Assembly: GCA_905612405.1 (NCBI GenBank)
Contig: CAJQRX010000012.1
Span: 29,351-93,350, forward strand
From: an uncultured Candidatus Thioglobus sp.
GTDB lineage: Bacteria > Pseudomonadota > Gammaproteobacteria > PS1 > Pseudothioglobaceae
Direction: 5' to 3'
Length of the DNA stretch: 64,000 nt
Part shown: positions 30,622 through 39,558 of the stretch, one piece after another
Numbering within the stretch: the stretch's first letter is position 1
How the letters are laid out: the number at the start of each line of letters is the position of its first letter
The notes under the pieces: model-generated
The model's database searches: none
Told to the model about the DNA's origin: nothing
The model's input: the letters and a program-made list of their open reading frames with translations, nothing else
Made by a program: the position numbers and the translations under genes

Positions 30622-31675
30622 AGAATTCCTTGATACATTCTAGAAGAACATTATTCTCTTTTGCCTCACCAACGCTTATGCGTACGAAGTTTTCTAATTG
30701 CGTGCTTATTGCAAAACCCTTTATAAGAATCCTACTATCCTTTAATGATTCCAATAAAAGTTTTGCATTTTCAGCCTTTATTAAAAGAAAGTTAGCTTGA
30801 GATGGATAAACAGTAAGGCTTTGGATTAAAGAAAGCTCGTCATAAAGTCGTCTCCTTTCATTAATAATTATTTTAGCGTTACTCACAATGCGCTGCCTAT
30901 CTTTAAGTAGAAAATTTGCACTCACCTGAGTCAAAATGTTTATATTGTATGGAAGTCGTAATTTATTTAGTTGCTCAATAGTCTCTTGACTACCAACTAA
31001 CAAACCAAGCCTTAAGCCTGCAAAACCAATTTTAGAAATAGTTCGGAGTACTACTAGGTTTGAAAAGTTTTTAATTTCAGCCAAAAAACTCTTCTCTGAA
31101 TATGCATAGTAAGCCTCATCAAGAACAACTAAGGCGTCAGTAGAACGAATAATTTCTTTAATAACATCGTAATCAAAAGAATTACCAGTTGGATTATTTG
31201 GGTACGCTATAAAAATTAACTTTGGCTTTTTACTTTGAATAGCCAAAAGAGTAGATTTTAAATCAATCTCAAAGTTCTCATCAAGTGGCATTCCATGATA
31301 ATTTAACTGTGCAAACTTGGAAACCAACTCGTACATTACGAAACTTGGTTCAAAGCTCATTATCAATTCACCACTACTGCAGGCTAGAGACAATAGTTGA
31401 ATTAACTCATCAGAGCCATTTCCAAGAAGCACACCAAAATCTTTTGGAATATCCATTAAGCTTCTTAAGGTTGCCTGGAGTTCGTTGGCATTTGCATCTG
31501 GATAGCGATTTACTTCTGAATACGATATATACTCTAAAAATTCATCTTTTAATTCTTCAGGAACACCAAACGGACTTTCCATTGCATCCATCTTCAACAT
31601 ATTCTTTGCAGAAGGAACATGATAAGCATTGATATTTCTAATATCAGTTCTTAGCCATTGATCAATAAAAGTCAT
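30614..31675 (-). CDS. hisC: Histidinol-phosphate aminotransferase
   Basis: GNGSDELI, PNNPTG, DEAY, RTISKIGFAGLRLG. Confidence 0.93.
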   Translation of the reverse strand: MTFIDQWLRTDIRNINAYHVPSAKNMLKMDAMESPFGVPEELKDEFLEYISYSEVNRYPDANANELQATLRSLMDIPKDFGVLLGNGSDELIQLLSLACSSGELIMSFEPSFVMYELVSKFAQLNYHGMPLDENFEIDLKSTLLAIQSKKPKLIFIAYPNNPTGNSFDYDVIKEIIRSTDALVVLDEAYYAYSEKSFLAEIKNFSNLVVLRTISKIGFAGLRLGLLVGSQETIEQLNKLRLPYNINILTQVSANFLLKDRQRIVSNAKIIINERRRLYDELSLIQSLTVYPSQANFLLIKAENAKLLLESLKDSRILIKGFAISTQLENFVRISVGEAKENNVLLECIKEFYG

Positions 31676-32451
31676 AATTGTTTTGGAAAAGTTCTATTTG
31701 GATGATACTGCATTTTACCAACCTTTTTTGCGCTTAATAAAGATTGGTAAGTATAGTCAAGCGCCTTTTCACAGGCATCTTCTACTGGAACATCAAGTGC
31801 CACTAAAGCTGCAATAGAACTTGATAATGTGCAGCCAGAGCCATGATATTGGCCTACCAATTTCTTATAGGTAAATTTTCTTATTAAATTAGAGTCGTGA
31901 TATAAGCGATGCTCGACTTGAATTTCAGAGCTATCAGAAGTCGTTAAAAGTACCCAAGGGCAATTTAAACTTGATATTGCTGACTCTTCATTAAGTCCAG
32001 GAGCAAGGGCATTTAATTCTGCTAAATTAGGTGTTAGAATTAAGCACAGAGGAATAAGTTCTTTCTTCATTGCATCAATCATCTCATTACTGCTTAAGAT
32101 ATGTTCTGTGCTTGAACTTATTATTGGATCAAGAATGATATTCACTCCAGACCTGTCACGTAGTAATTTTGAAATAACTTTAACTTGGTAAGGTGAGCCT
32201 AGCAGTCCTATTTTGACTGTATTAAAACTAATATCTTCATCAATTAACTTAAATTGCAACTCTAAAAGGCTACTTTTTGTTGGCTCAAGAGATAGTACTC
32301 GCTGAGTATTTTGAGCAGTAAGCGTAGTAATAATTGGAAGCGGGGTAACGCCAAATTGATTAATAGTTTCAATATCTGCTGAAACTCCTGCTGCTCCAGA
32401 TGGGTCTAACCCTGAGAACAATAAAACTGAATCGGCTTCAAGCCTAACCAT
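31672..32451 (-). CDS. thiD: Hydroxymethylpyrimidine/phosphomethylpyrimidine kinase family
   Basis: SGLDPSGAAGVSADI, LTAQNT, TPNLAE, HGSGCTLSS. Confidence 0.8.
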   Translation of the reverse strand: MVRLEADSVLLFSGLDPSGAAGVSADIETINQFGVTPLPIITTLTAQNTQRVLSLEPTKSSLLELQFKLIDEDISFNTVKIGLLGSPYQVKVISKLLRDRSGVNIILDPIISSSTEHILSSNEMIDAMKKELIPLCLILTPNLAELNALAPGLNEESAISSLNCPWVLLTTSDSSEIQVEHRLYHDSNLIRKFTYKKLVGQYHGSGCTLSSSIAALVALDVPVEDACEKALDYTYQSLLSAKKVGKMQYHPNRTFPKQL

Positions 32452-32456
32452 ATTTA

Positions 32457-33083
32457 TTATTGAGATTCTTTTTGAATTAGATAATCAATTACTTCAAAAA
32501 TTTTCTCTGCACTTCCAGCACTAGTTCCATTAACCATATACTTACCATTTACAATAAAAGCTGGGACTCCAGGAATACGATATTTGTATGTGTTAGCCTT
32601 TGCTTTATTAACAGCAATCTTTAATGGAAATGAGTTATAAACCTTATTTGCCTTTTCTTCATCTACTCCATTAAAAGCTAGCCAAGCAACAAAATCTTGT
32701 TGCGTTTTAAATTGTAATTTTTGAATATGAATTGCATTAAATAGAGCTCCGTGTAATCGATCTACTTCACCTAACTCTTCAAGAATATAATAGAAACTCG
32801 CTCCATATTCCCAACCTGGAAAGACTGCCGGCTGAAGAATAAATTGAGCAGAGCTGTCCATTGTTTTTAACCAATTATCAAGTAGAGGGTGAACAGAGAA
32901 GCAATGAGGACAAAAATACCAAAAAAGCTCTCTAACTTCTACTTGATTACCCGTCTCAGTTTCTATTGCTTTATCTAAGACAATATAATTTTTACCAGCA
33001 ACAAATTCAGCTTGGGTAGTGTTTGTAAAAAACACAAAAACTGAAAGAATGATCAGTGAAGATAATGCAGTTATTTTTTTCAT
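32457..33083 (-). CDS. dsbA: Thiol:disulfide interchange protein DsbA
   Basis: Signal peptide, FWYFCPHC, GVPAFIVNGKY. Confidence 0.92.
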   Translation of the reverse strand: MKKITALSSLIILSVFVFFTNTTQAEFVAGKNYIVLDKAIETETGNQVEVRELFWYFCPHCFSVHPLLDNWLKTMDSSAQFILQPAVFPGWEYGASFYYILEELGEVDRLHGALFNAIHIQKLQFKTQQDFVAWLAFNGVDEEKANKVYNSFPLKIAVNKAKANTYKYRIPGVPAFIVNGKYMVNGTSAGSAEKIFEVIDYLIQKESQ

Positions 33084-33095
33084 AGTTTGTACTCA

Positions 33096-33590
33096 TTAAT
33101 CAAAAAGTTTATTTATATTATACTGGTTTAAGTCAAATTCCTTGCTAGATTGGAACCTCTTCCAAAGATCCAAATAAGAAATTCTTTCCTGAGGATGTAT
33201 GCCATTTGGATTAAGCTCCGCAAGAGGTGCTAGAACAAACGCATACTTTAAAATATCACGTCGAGGAATATTTAATTTATCGTCAATGACGTCATCATAT
33301 AAAACAAGATCTAAATCTATTATTCTAGAAGAGAACTTTGGCAAGGTACGATCCCTACCTAAGGTATTTTCAATATCATGCAAAATAATTACAACATCAT
33401 TAATATTTTTATCTGTCTCAACATTAACACCAATATTATAAAAATTACTCCCAATGAAGCCCTCAGAAGGGCTCTCAAAAAGTGATGACATAGTAATTTC
33501 TGTAAAGTTAGATTCAAGACTATCCAATGCTAAACGAATATTTTTTCGTCTATCTTGATTTGAGCCAATGTTAAAGTGCAGTAAGCTCAT
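33096..33590 (-). CDS. folK: 2-amino-4-hydroxy-6-hydroxymethyldihydropteridine diphosphokinase
   Basis: IGSN, RIIDLDLVLY, FVLAPLAEL; follows folB. Confidence 0.92.
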   Translation of the reverse strand: MSLLHFNIGSNQDRRKNIRLALDSLESNFTEITMSSLFESPSEGFIGSNFYNIGVNVETDKNINDVVIILHDIENTLGRDRTLPKFSSRIIDLDLVLYDDVIDDKLNIPRRDILKYAFVLAPLAELNPNGIHPQERISYLDLWKRFQSSKEFDLNQYNINKLFD

Positions 33591-33943
33591 TAGCCGCTTA
33601 TCCTTTCAATAATTACACCAACACCTTCAGCTCCAGTAATTGCCTCACCTTTATTTAGTTTTAATTTAACCCAACTAACCTCAAACTCATTAAGGATAAT
33701 TTGGCAAATTTTCTCTGCCAAGGTTTCAACAAGTTGAAATTCAGACTCTTTCACAAAACTTATAATACGCTTACATATATTCTTATAGTTTAAAGCTTGA
33801 TCAATATGATCAGTAGCTGCTGCTTTAGCAATATCTGAAGACATCTCTATATCTAATATTATGTCTTGGCGAATTTTTCTTTCCCAATCATAGATACCTA
33901 TAACTGTATCTATCTTAAGTCCTTTAACAAAAACAATATCCAT
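33590..33943 (-). CDS. folB: Dihydroneopterin aldolase
   Basis: IGIYDWER, LVETLAE, VGVIIER. Confidence 0.95.
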   Translation of the reverse strand: MDIVFVKGLKIDTVIGIYDWERKIRQDIILDIEMSSDIAKAAATDHIDQALNYKNICKRIISFVKESEFQLVETLAEKICQIILNEFEVSWVKLKLNKGEAITGAEGVGVIIERISG

Positions 33944-34074
33944 ATTTAATCTACCCTAAAAAAAACTATCATCATACCTTTGAGAAATCCTTTGATTACT
34001 ACAATAAAATGTTTTCATTGATATAATTTGTAAATAGTCCTAAAATTCATTAAGATAAAAAATGGGAGAACTGT

Positions 34075-34656
34075 GTGTTTTACTTTTTAATTGCTAGCTA
34101 TTTACTAGGCTCCATCTCAAGTGCTATTATTATTTGCAAGATTTTGGGGCTTCCTGATCCAAGAACTCAAGGTTCTAAGAATCCTGGCGCAACAAATGTT
34201 CTTAGAATTGGTGGTAAAAAAGTAGCTGCATTTGTTCTATTATTTGATGGTTTAAAGGGTGCTTTACCAGTAATTCTAGCTACTTATTTCTTTGCTGTTA
34301 ATATATTTGAATTAACCATCATTTTACTTTGTGCATTTCTTGGACATATATTTCCAATTTTTTATGGCTTTAAAGGAGGAAAAGGTGTAGCAACTTACCT
34401 TGGGGGATTAATAGGTTTAAGCTTTTTTTTAGGATTAGCATTTGCAATTATCTGGCTTACCGTTGCTAAAATAGTAAAAATTTCATCTATTGCAGCATTA
34501 ACTGCCACATTACTTTCTCCCATTTATTTTTACTTTATTACTAGCGACTTAAAGGGCACTCTAGTAATTTTTCTCATGTCTCTTTTTATTTGCTTTACTC
34601 ATCGCGCAAATATTAAAAGAATTATGAGTGGAGATGAGGACATTGTTAGGTCTTAG
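34075..34656 (+). CDS. plsY: Glycerol-3-phosphate acyltransferase PlsY
   Basis: YLLGSI, GSKNPGATNVLR, GHIFP, GGKGVAT, HRANI. Confidence 0.96.
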   Translation: MFYFLIASYLLGSISSAIIICKILGLPDPRTQGSKNPGATNVLRIGGKKVAAFVLLFDGLKGALPVILATYFFAVNIFELTIILLCAFLGHIFPIFYGFKGGKGVATYLGGLIGLSFFLGLAFAIIWLTVAKIVKISSIAALTATLLSPIYFYFITSDLKGTLVIFLMSLFICFTHRANIKRIMSGDEDIVRS

Positions 34657-34698
34657 CCCATTATTAATAGGAGTTTTAGTGGCTTTAAAAGATTTAAA

Positions 34699-34731
34699 CT
34701 ATTCTGTTTCAATGCATATTCCCGACCTTAA
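34699..34731 (-). repeat. Degenerate copy of the yadH 3' end (att-like)
   Basis: Minus strand reads LRSGICIETE* versus YadH LSRGVSIKTE*. Confidence 0.6.
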
Positions 34732-34897
34732 TCCTATAGATAAAGGAAATCTTTAATATAAATTTAATACTTTTTTGCATTTTTCCTTCTTCTGAGAATA
34801 CTCAGTCTCTTATTAATACTCAGTTGATGCTCACTTTTCAAAACAAATAAGTTACCTCTAGAAAAAGATTGGTTGATCCATTATTTGGCTGAGCATT

Positions 34898-36028
34898 TTA
34901 AATTCTTTCATAAACTATTTTTTTCCAGTCATAATTTTTGAACAATGAATTAATCACTATTATTTTTTGATTATCTAAATCAATCAAAATATTTTGACCA
35001 GCAAATCCACTCATACCTAATATTTTACTATCTTCCATTCCAATGATATCAAAATAAAATTGGCCGCCATATCTTTTTGAATAGGTGGCAATATCATCAG
35101 GTTTTGGGTTGTCATTGTCGTTCTTATCGATTCTTCTATCATAAACTGTTTTTAAATACTTACCAACACAAGTATCATTATTCCAATCATCCATTATTGC
35201 TTTTGCAATTCTAAGATAATCATATCTTGTTGCATAAAAACTATATCTTACTGTCGACTCATGTCCATAACTAGCCTTTCGTGTTAATTCAAAGTAAACA
35301 CTATTTTTAACTTTTGCATTTTCATTAAAAACACTATGTAATAATTTTTCCCAATCATTTCCTGATTTATAAATTACATAATTCATTAAAATATGAGTGG
35401 TTAAGGCGCTATAGTTATATACAGAGTCTGATTTTTGAGTATTCTGTAAATTCGATTCGACTATTGTTTCTAGTGAAGTCATATTTAAATTTACACCACT
35501 ACTCTTCCACTGATTATCTACTTGTGGGTGGAGTCTTTCACCAATATATTTTTGATCTCCTGCTCTCATATTTAAGAGATTAATTAATACTTGATCTTCA
35601 TATAAAGTATTATCAAGTAAGTCCCAATCTAATATTTCATCAACACTACTGATATATCCTTTACAAATTGCATGCCCTGTAACATAAGATACTAAACTTT
35701 TACCTATTGAATGAGAGGGTAACAAATCATCAATTATTTTAGGTGGTATATCAGACTCATCTATTACAATTTTATTATCTTCAAATAATAAATAACTAAT
35801 TAGTCCAGTTTTGTTATTATTTTTTAATTCTTTTAAAATATTCTTATCTTTTTGAAGATTTGATTCAAATTTATAATAATTATGAGCACCTTTAACTTCA
35901 TGCATCTCGTAAATAAATTGTTGGAATGATTCAGGGTAATGCCCTGGGATATACCAAGTATTAGTATTTTTTTGTGCTAATACTGAAACAGATAAAAAGA
36001 CAAGTAATGGTATTAATAATTTGCTCAT
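34898..36028 (-). CDS. Exported serine hydrolase (beta-lactamase/PBP-like fold)
   Basis: Signal peptide MSKLLIPLL.., SxxK motif (SIGK), LLNM, YNYS, SGFAGQ; start set to ATG 36028. Confidence 0.75.
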   Translation of the reverse strand: MSKLLIPLLVFLSVSVLAQKNTNTWYIPGHYPESFQQFIYEMHEVKGAHNYYKFESNLQKDKNILKELKNNNKTGLISYLLFEDNKIVIDESDIPPKIIDDLLPSHSIGKSLVSYVTGHAICKGYISSVDEILDWDLLDNTLYEDQVLINLLNMRAGDQKYIGERLHPQVDNQWKSSGVNLNMTSLETIVESNLQNTQKSDSVYNYSALTTHILMNYVIYKSGNDWEKLLHSVFNENAKVKNSVYFELTRKASYGHESTVRYSFYATRYDYLRIAKAIMDDWNNDTCVGKYLKTVYDRRIDKNDNDNPKPDDIATYSKRYGGQFYFDIIGMEDSKILGMSGFAGQNILIDLDNQKIIVINSLFKNYDWKKIVYERI

Positions 36029-36068
36029 ATATTGATTGTAAATCAACTTGGACTGAAGTCCAAATTTC
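36029..36068 (-). repeat. Upstream module copy A (dyad plus leaderless promoter)
   Basis: GAAATTTGGACTTCAGTCCAAGTTGATTTACAATCAATAT-ATG. Confidence 0.8.
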
Positions 36069-36131
36069 TTGAGATATATAAGGGGTAATTATGAATTATT
36101 GACTAATATTTTTTTAAATATTCTATATTTT

Positions 36132-36410
36132 TCATATTTCCCAAACAACAGTAGGCTCATTATCTTCATCTATATCATCATTTTCTGTCAAGGTAAATTG
36201 GAAAATCTTAATGGGCTTCCAAGCATCAAACTCTAGTTCTCCATAATTCTGACTTGCAAAATCTTCTAGTTCAACTTGTATTTCCATATCTTCTTCTAGG
36301 GTTTTGAATACTTCTTCTAGATCCAGAGCATCAACAATGAGAGGCACATCTGCTTCTTCAATAGCATCTCCTCCACTACTCAATTTTAAGATAACTCCAT
36401 ACTTTGCCAT
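36132..36410 (-). CDS. Small very acidic hypothetical protein
   Basis: 92 aa ORF with strong AGGAGG RBS; Asp/Glu-rich; no motif recognised. Confidence 0.7.
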   Translation of the reverse strand: MAKYGVILKLSSGGDAIEEADVPLIVDALDLEEVFKTLEEDMEIQVELEDFASQNYGELEFDAWKPIKIFQFTLTENDDIDEDNEPTVVWEI

Positions 36411-36466
36411 ACTTACTCCTCCTAACTAAAAACCTCTCCTAACAAAAATACTATTGGCTCACTAAT

Positions 36467-37006
36467 TCATTCATGGGTTACTTTTTGCAGATCATCTAGG
36501 TCGTAACCAAAGGAATCTACCCGAGCTACCAAGTTTGAGTAGTCTTGTTGGGAAATCGTTGGCGTTCGCGCCATAATCCATACATAGTCTCGACTGTTTC
36601 TCCCAATAATGGTTTGTTGGTAGTTATCATCTAAATATACAATTCTATAATCTGCCTTTATTGGCCATACAAACTGCATATCCCAAATCGCGTTAGTGCG
36701 CTTATCTTTAACAAATCCACGGGGTCGATAAATCTTAGTTGGACCGTTCAAACTACCTTTATTAAAAGTGAAGGTTGTTGCAATTGTTCCATCATTATCA
36801 CGCTGATAGGTTTCAATGGAATTGTATGCATCCCTTTCAAGAAACGTTGGGATAGTGGCAATTACGTACCAATCGCCCATGAACCGATCAAGATCAACAT
36901 AGTCCACAACTGGCATAGGCTTGAGTGAGCTACCACCTAACATTTGGTTACTAGAACACCCAATTAAACTAAGAGAAATTAATAAGATTAGAAGTAGTTT
37001 TTTCAT
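36467..37006 (-). CDS. blc: Outer membrane lipoprotein lipocalin (Blc family)
   Basis: Lipobox LIGC, DLDRFMGDWYVIA, YRIVYLDDNY, YVWIMARTP. Confidence 0.88.
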   Translation of the reverse strand: MKKLLLILLISLSLIGCSSNQMLGGSSLKPMPVVDYVDLDRFMGDWYVIATIPTFLERDAYNSIETYQRDNDGTIATTFTFNKGSLNGPTKIYRPRGFVKDKRTNAIWDMQFVWPIKADYRIVYLDDNYQQTIIGRNSRDYVWIMARTPTISQQDYSNLVARVDSFGYDLDDLQKVTHE

Positions 37007-37047
37007 TCTATTATTTTATATCAACTTTAACTTAAGTTGTACATTCG
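37007..37047 (-). repeat. Upstream module copy B
   Basis: GAATGTACAACTTAAGTTAAAGTTGATATAAAATAATAGA-ATG. Confidence 0.7.
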
Positions 37048-37075
37048 AGTTTTCGCTATTACACCGTTTCTTAAT

Positions 37076-37447
37076 CTATTGATCATCGACTGCATATTTT
37101 TTGAGAAGTTCCATTGGAATTATTTCCAATGCTCTTATATGCGTACTTTGTAAATTCAGTCTTGGTGCCATACCACTTTTTTCTGCTTCTAACCAACGCT
37201 CAGCACATACGCACCAACTATCGCCTAATTCCAAGCCTTCAAAGCCATAATCCGGCATAGGAGTAGATAAATCATTACCTTGGGATTTTGTGTAGTCTAA
37301 AAATTCCTGCGAAGTTTCAATACAAACTGTATGAGAACCAAGGTCATCTTTACAGGTATTACAATTACCATCTCGGTAGAATCCAGTTACTGGGTCCAAA
37401 CCACAGATTTCTAATTTTTCACCAAATACGTTAATTGATTCGTCCAT
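37076..37447 (-). CDS. DUF2237 family protein
   Basis: NVFGEKLEICGLDPVTGFYRDG.C..DLGSHTVC, GNDLSTP, WCVCAERW. Confidence 0.88.
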   Translation of the reverse strand: MDESINVFGEKLEICGLDPVTGFYRDGNCNTCKDDLGSHTVCIETSQEFLDYTKSQGNDLSTPMPDYGFEGLELGDSWCVCAERWLEAEKSGMAPRLNLQSTHIRALEIIPMELLKKYAVDDQ

Positions 37448-37493
37448 TGTTATAAATATTCCTTTAATGTTAAGTGTCTGTAAGTGTACTAAA

Positions 37494-37526
37494 TTACTCT
37501 GTCTTGATACTCACTTCCCTACTAAA
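37494..37526 (-). repeat. Displaced copy of the yadH 3' end (att-like)
   Basis: Plus-strand ctaaattactctgtcttgatactcact versus ctaaattactctgtcttaatactaact at 39690; minus strand reads FSREVSIKTE*. Confidence 0.8.
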
Positions 37527-37589
37527 TCGCATAGGTACAACATATCTTTAATCGACATTTTTTTAAAAAAGGTCAGAACTGACTCACAT

Positions 37590-37610
37590 TTAATTGAGTA
37601 GTTTTTTCAT
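37590..37610 (-). pseudogene. Empty cassette stub MKKLLN*
   Basis: ATG AAA AAA CTA CTC AAT TAA; first 5 codons identical to the 39558 gene; preceded by module C. Confidence 0.65.
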
Positions 37611-37657
37611 TCTATTATTTTATATCAACTTAAACTAAAGTCCAAATTTCGTTTGAT
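37611..37657 (-). repeat. Upstream module copy C
   Basis: ATCAAACGAAATTTGGACTTTAGTTTAAGTTGATATAAAATAATAGA-ATG. Confidence 0.82.
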
Positions 37658-37680
37658 GTGTGAGGGAGGGAGGGGGTTAA

Positions 37681-39558
37681 TTACTGACCGAGTTCAGCAG
37701 CCAGTTCTGCTTCAAAAGCCGCGATTTCATCTTCTACTGATTGCTGCTCAGTATCAACAGTATCGGTTTCTGCTGCCTTAGCAGCTTCTTCAGCAAGTTC
37801 CACTGCCAGTTCGGCTTCAAATGCTGCGATTTCATCTTCTGCTGATTGCTCAGTATCAACAGTGTCGGTTTCTGCTGCCTTAGCAGCTTTTTCTGCCTTA
37901 GTACCAATTTTCTCCACACCTACATATACTGCCCTGCTACCAGAGAAACCCTTTGAGTATTTGTGAGTGAAAAAAGCTCTGTAGGCTTCACCTTCAAATT
38001 CGAAGAAATACGATTGTATCTCACAGCCATAGTTTCCAAAGATTCCACTTTGTTCTTTAACTGATGGTCTTCTAAATGTTCCATCACCGTTACCAAAGAA
38101 TATATTATTAATTTGATTATTACACTCAAACGTATGATGTTCATCTCTAAAGGCATAAAAATCCATATAACCATCTTGATTTATATCAAAGTTGTACAAA
38201 GCCGTTGTTGCGCCAGGGTCAATTTCATGGGTATCAGAAACTGTAAACTTACCATTATCATTTCTAAAGAAAATCATTTCTCCAACTGGCTTGCACTGAG
38301 ATGGCCTGTGATAAACTTTTTCTGATGCTAATTTTTTGCAAAGTTGGTTTTCTTTCCAGGTAGCTGTATCAAAGTCGCCATCACCGTCCATGTCGAACTG
38401 ATGAGAACGATAGGATTCACTGATTAACTTAAATCTTTCACTCGTTTTATATCCAGGCACTGCCCACCCTTTCTTTTTTTGTTCCCAGCCTTGCCAGCTT
38501 TTAAATAGCTCCTCTTTATCTGGCTTTTTGCTGGAAATATACTTGTCTAACAGTTTTAATTGTATTCTGCCGTTGATATAAGTCACTTCTGACCAACACC
38601 AATCTAAATACCCCTTGCTACAGTTATGAAATAAGATTCCGCCTTTTTTGTTAGGATAAACAGAGAGTGATGTTTTAGATGTGTGAAGGCTTGGAGGATT
38701 ACTCTGATAAATGCATTCCAAGGTTTTCCCGTTGCAAACCCCAACCCCTCCACCTTGATGACTACCACCCCATGATATATCGATGAATTCATCATAGCCA
38801 TCATCATCTAAATCCCCAGCTACGAAGTCATGGGAGTATAGTGGTTTGCCAAATTTTGAATAGCTTTCTGTCTCAAAGTCATAGATGAAGTTTACCTCTC
38901 TCCATGATGAATCCTGACTCCTACCATCTTCAAGCATTCCTGCAATTACTAATTCAGTTAAGCCATCTTGATTAACATCTGTCAAGACCATTCGAAGAGT
39001 AGAAGTTGGTATTTCTACAATTGGGTTTTTAATGACTTGTACAGAATTTGAGCCAAGTTCTTCTGTAATAACTTCAATGGTTGCAATCTCCATTTGACCA
39101 GGTCGATCTGTTTTCTCATTTGTCTCTACTTGAATATTTTCAGCTTTACCAACTATTTCAAGATTTCCATTTTTATTAACTCGATGGATAAGCAAGCCTG
39201 ATGTTTGCCATACATTTTTGACCCAATGTCCAACTTCGATTTTAAGCTTAGTATCTAGTACAGCAATGATTGAGCACTTATTGGGACTCTTACGATAAAA
39301 ATTTTTATCGAGGTCTTTACAACTTGATGATGTCTCAGTATCCACAAAAGATTCATATTTAACAGCTTTTATTGAAGACCCTGAATTAGAAATAGATGAA
39401 GATGAAGATGATTGTTCATTACCACCATCACAGTTGTATACAAAATATGAACCATCCGCAGAAATACTTTTCACTGGTTCACTGCCATCAGGACAGGAAC
39501 CTGCAAAACTTTGCACTGAAAAGAAAGATAGAATTAAAAGTAAGAGTAGTTTTTTCAT
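37681..39558 (-). CDS. Exported FG-GAP/VCBS-repeat (Ca-binding beta-propeller-like) protein
   Basis: Signal peptide; DVNQDG, DLDDDGYDE, DMDGDGDFD, DINQDGYMD, NGDGTF motifs; Ser-rich linker; acidic C-terminal repeats; start set to ATG 39558. Confidence 0.75.
   Translation of the reverse strand: MKKLLLLLILSFFSVQSFAGSCPDGSEPVKSISADGSYFVYNCDGGNEQSSSSSSISNSGSSIKAVKYESFVDTETSSSCKDLDKNFYRKSPNKCSIIAVLDTKLKIEVGHWVKNVWQTSGLLIHRVNKNGNLEIVGKAENIQVETNEKTDRPGQMEIATIEVITEELGSNSVQVIKNPIVEIPTSTLRMVLTDVNQDGLTELVIAGMLEDGRSQDSSWREVNFIYDFETESYSKFGKPLYSHDFVAGDLDDDGYDEFIDISWGGSHQGGGVGVCNGKTLECIYQSNPPSLHTSKTSLSVYPNKKGGILFHNCSKGYLDWCWSEVTYINGRIQLKLLDKYISSKKPDKEELFKSWQGWEQKKKGWAVPGYKTSERFKLISESYRSHQFDMDGDGDFDTATWKENQLCKKLASEKVYHRPSQCKPVGEMIFFRNDNGKFTVSDTHEIDPGATTALYNFDINQDGYMDFYAFRDEHHTFECNNQINNIFFGNGDGTFRRPSVKEQSGIFGNYGCEIQSYFFEFEGEAYRAFFTHKYSKGFSGSRAVYVGVEKIGTKAEKAAKAAETDTVDTEQSAEDEIAAFEAELAVELAEEAAKAAETDTVDTEQQSVEDEIAAFEAELAAELGQ
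37691..37889 (-). repeat. Intragenic tandem duplication (about 34 codons x2)
   Basis: AAKAAETDTVDTEQ(Q)SxEDEIAAFEAELAxEL twice; DNA copies near 37691-37787 and 37796-37889. Confidence 0.9.

Noticed and set aside
36411-36466. GTTAGGA as an integron attC core
   Set aside because: No matching RYYYAAC inverse core or attC hairpin after the blc stop, and no intI in the window.
37600-37631. TTATATCAACT as the XerD arm of a dif/pdif site
   Set aside because: Resembles TTATGTTAAAT, but there is no convincing XerC arm at a 6-bp spacing, and copies A and D lack the inner TTAT.
37662-37677. GGGAGGGAGGGGG as a G-quadruplex
   Set aside because: Only three G-runs; no supporting context.
37734-38807. Alternative-frame ORFs inside the VCBS gene
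   Set aside because: Shadow ORFs of a well-supported CDS; the repeats simply mirror the main frame.
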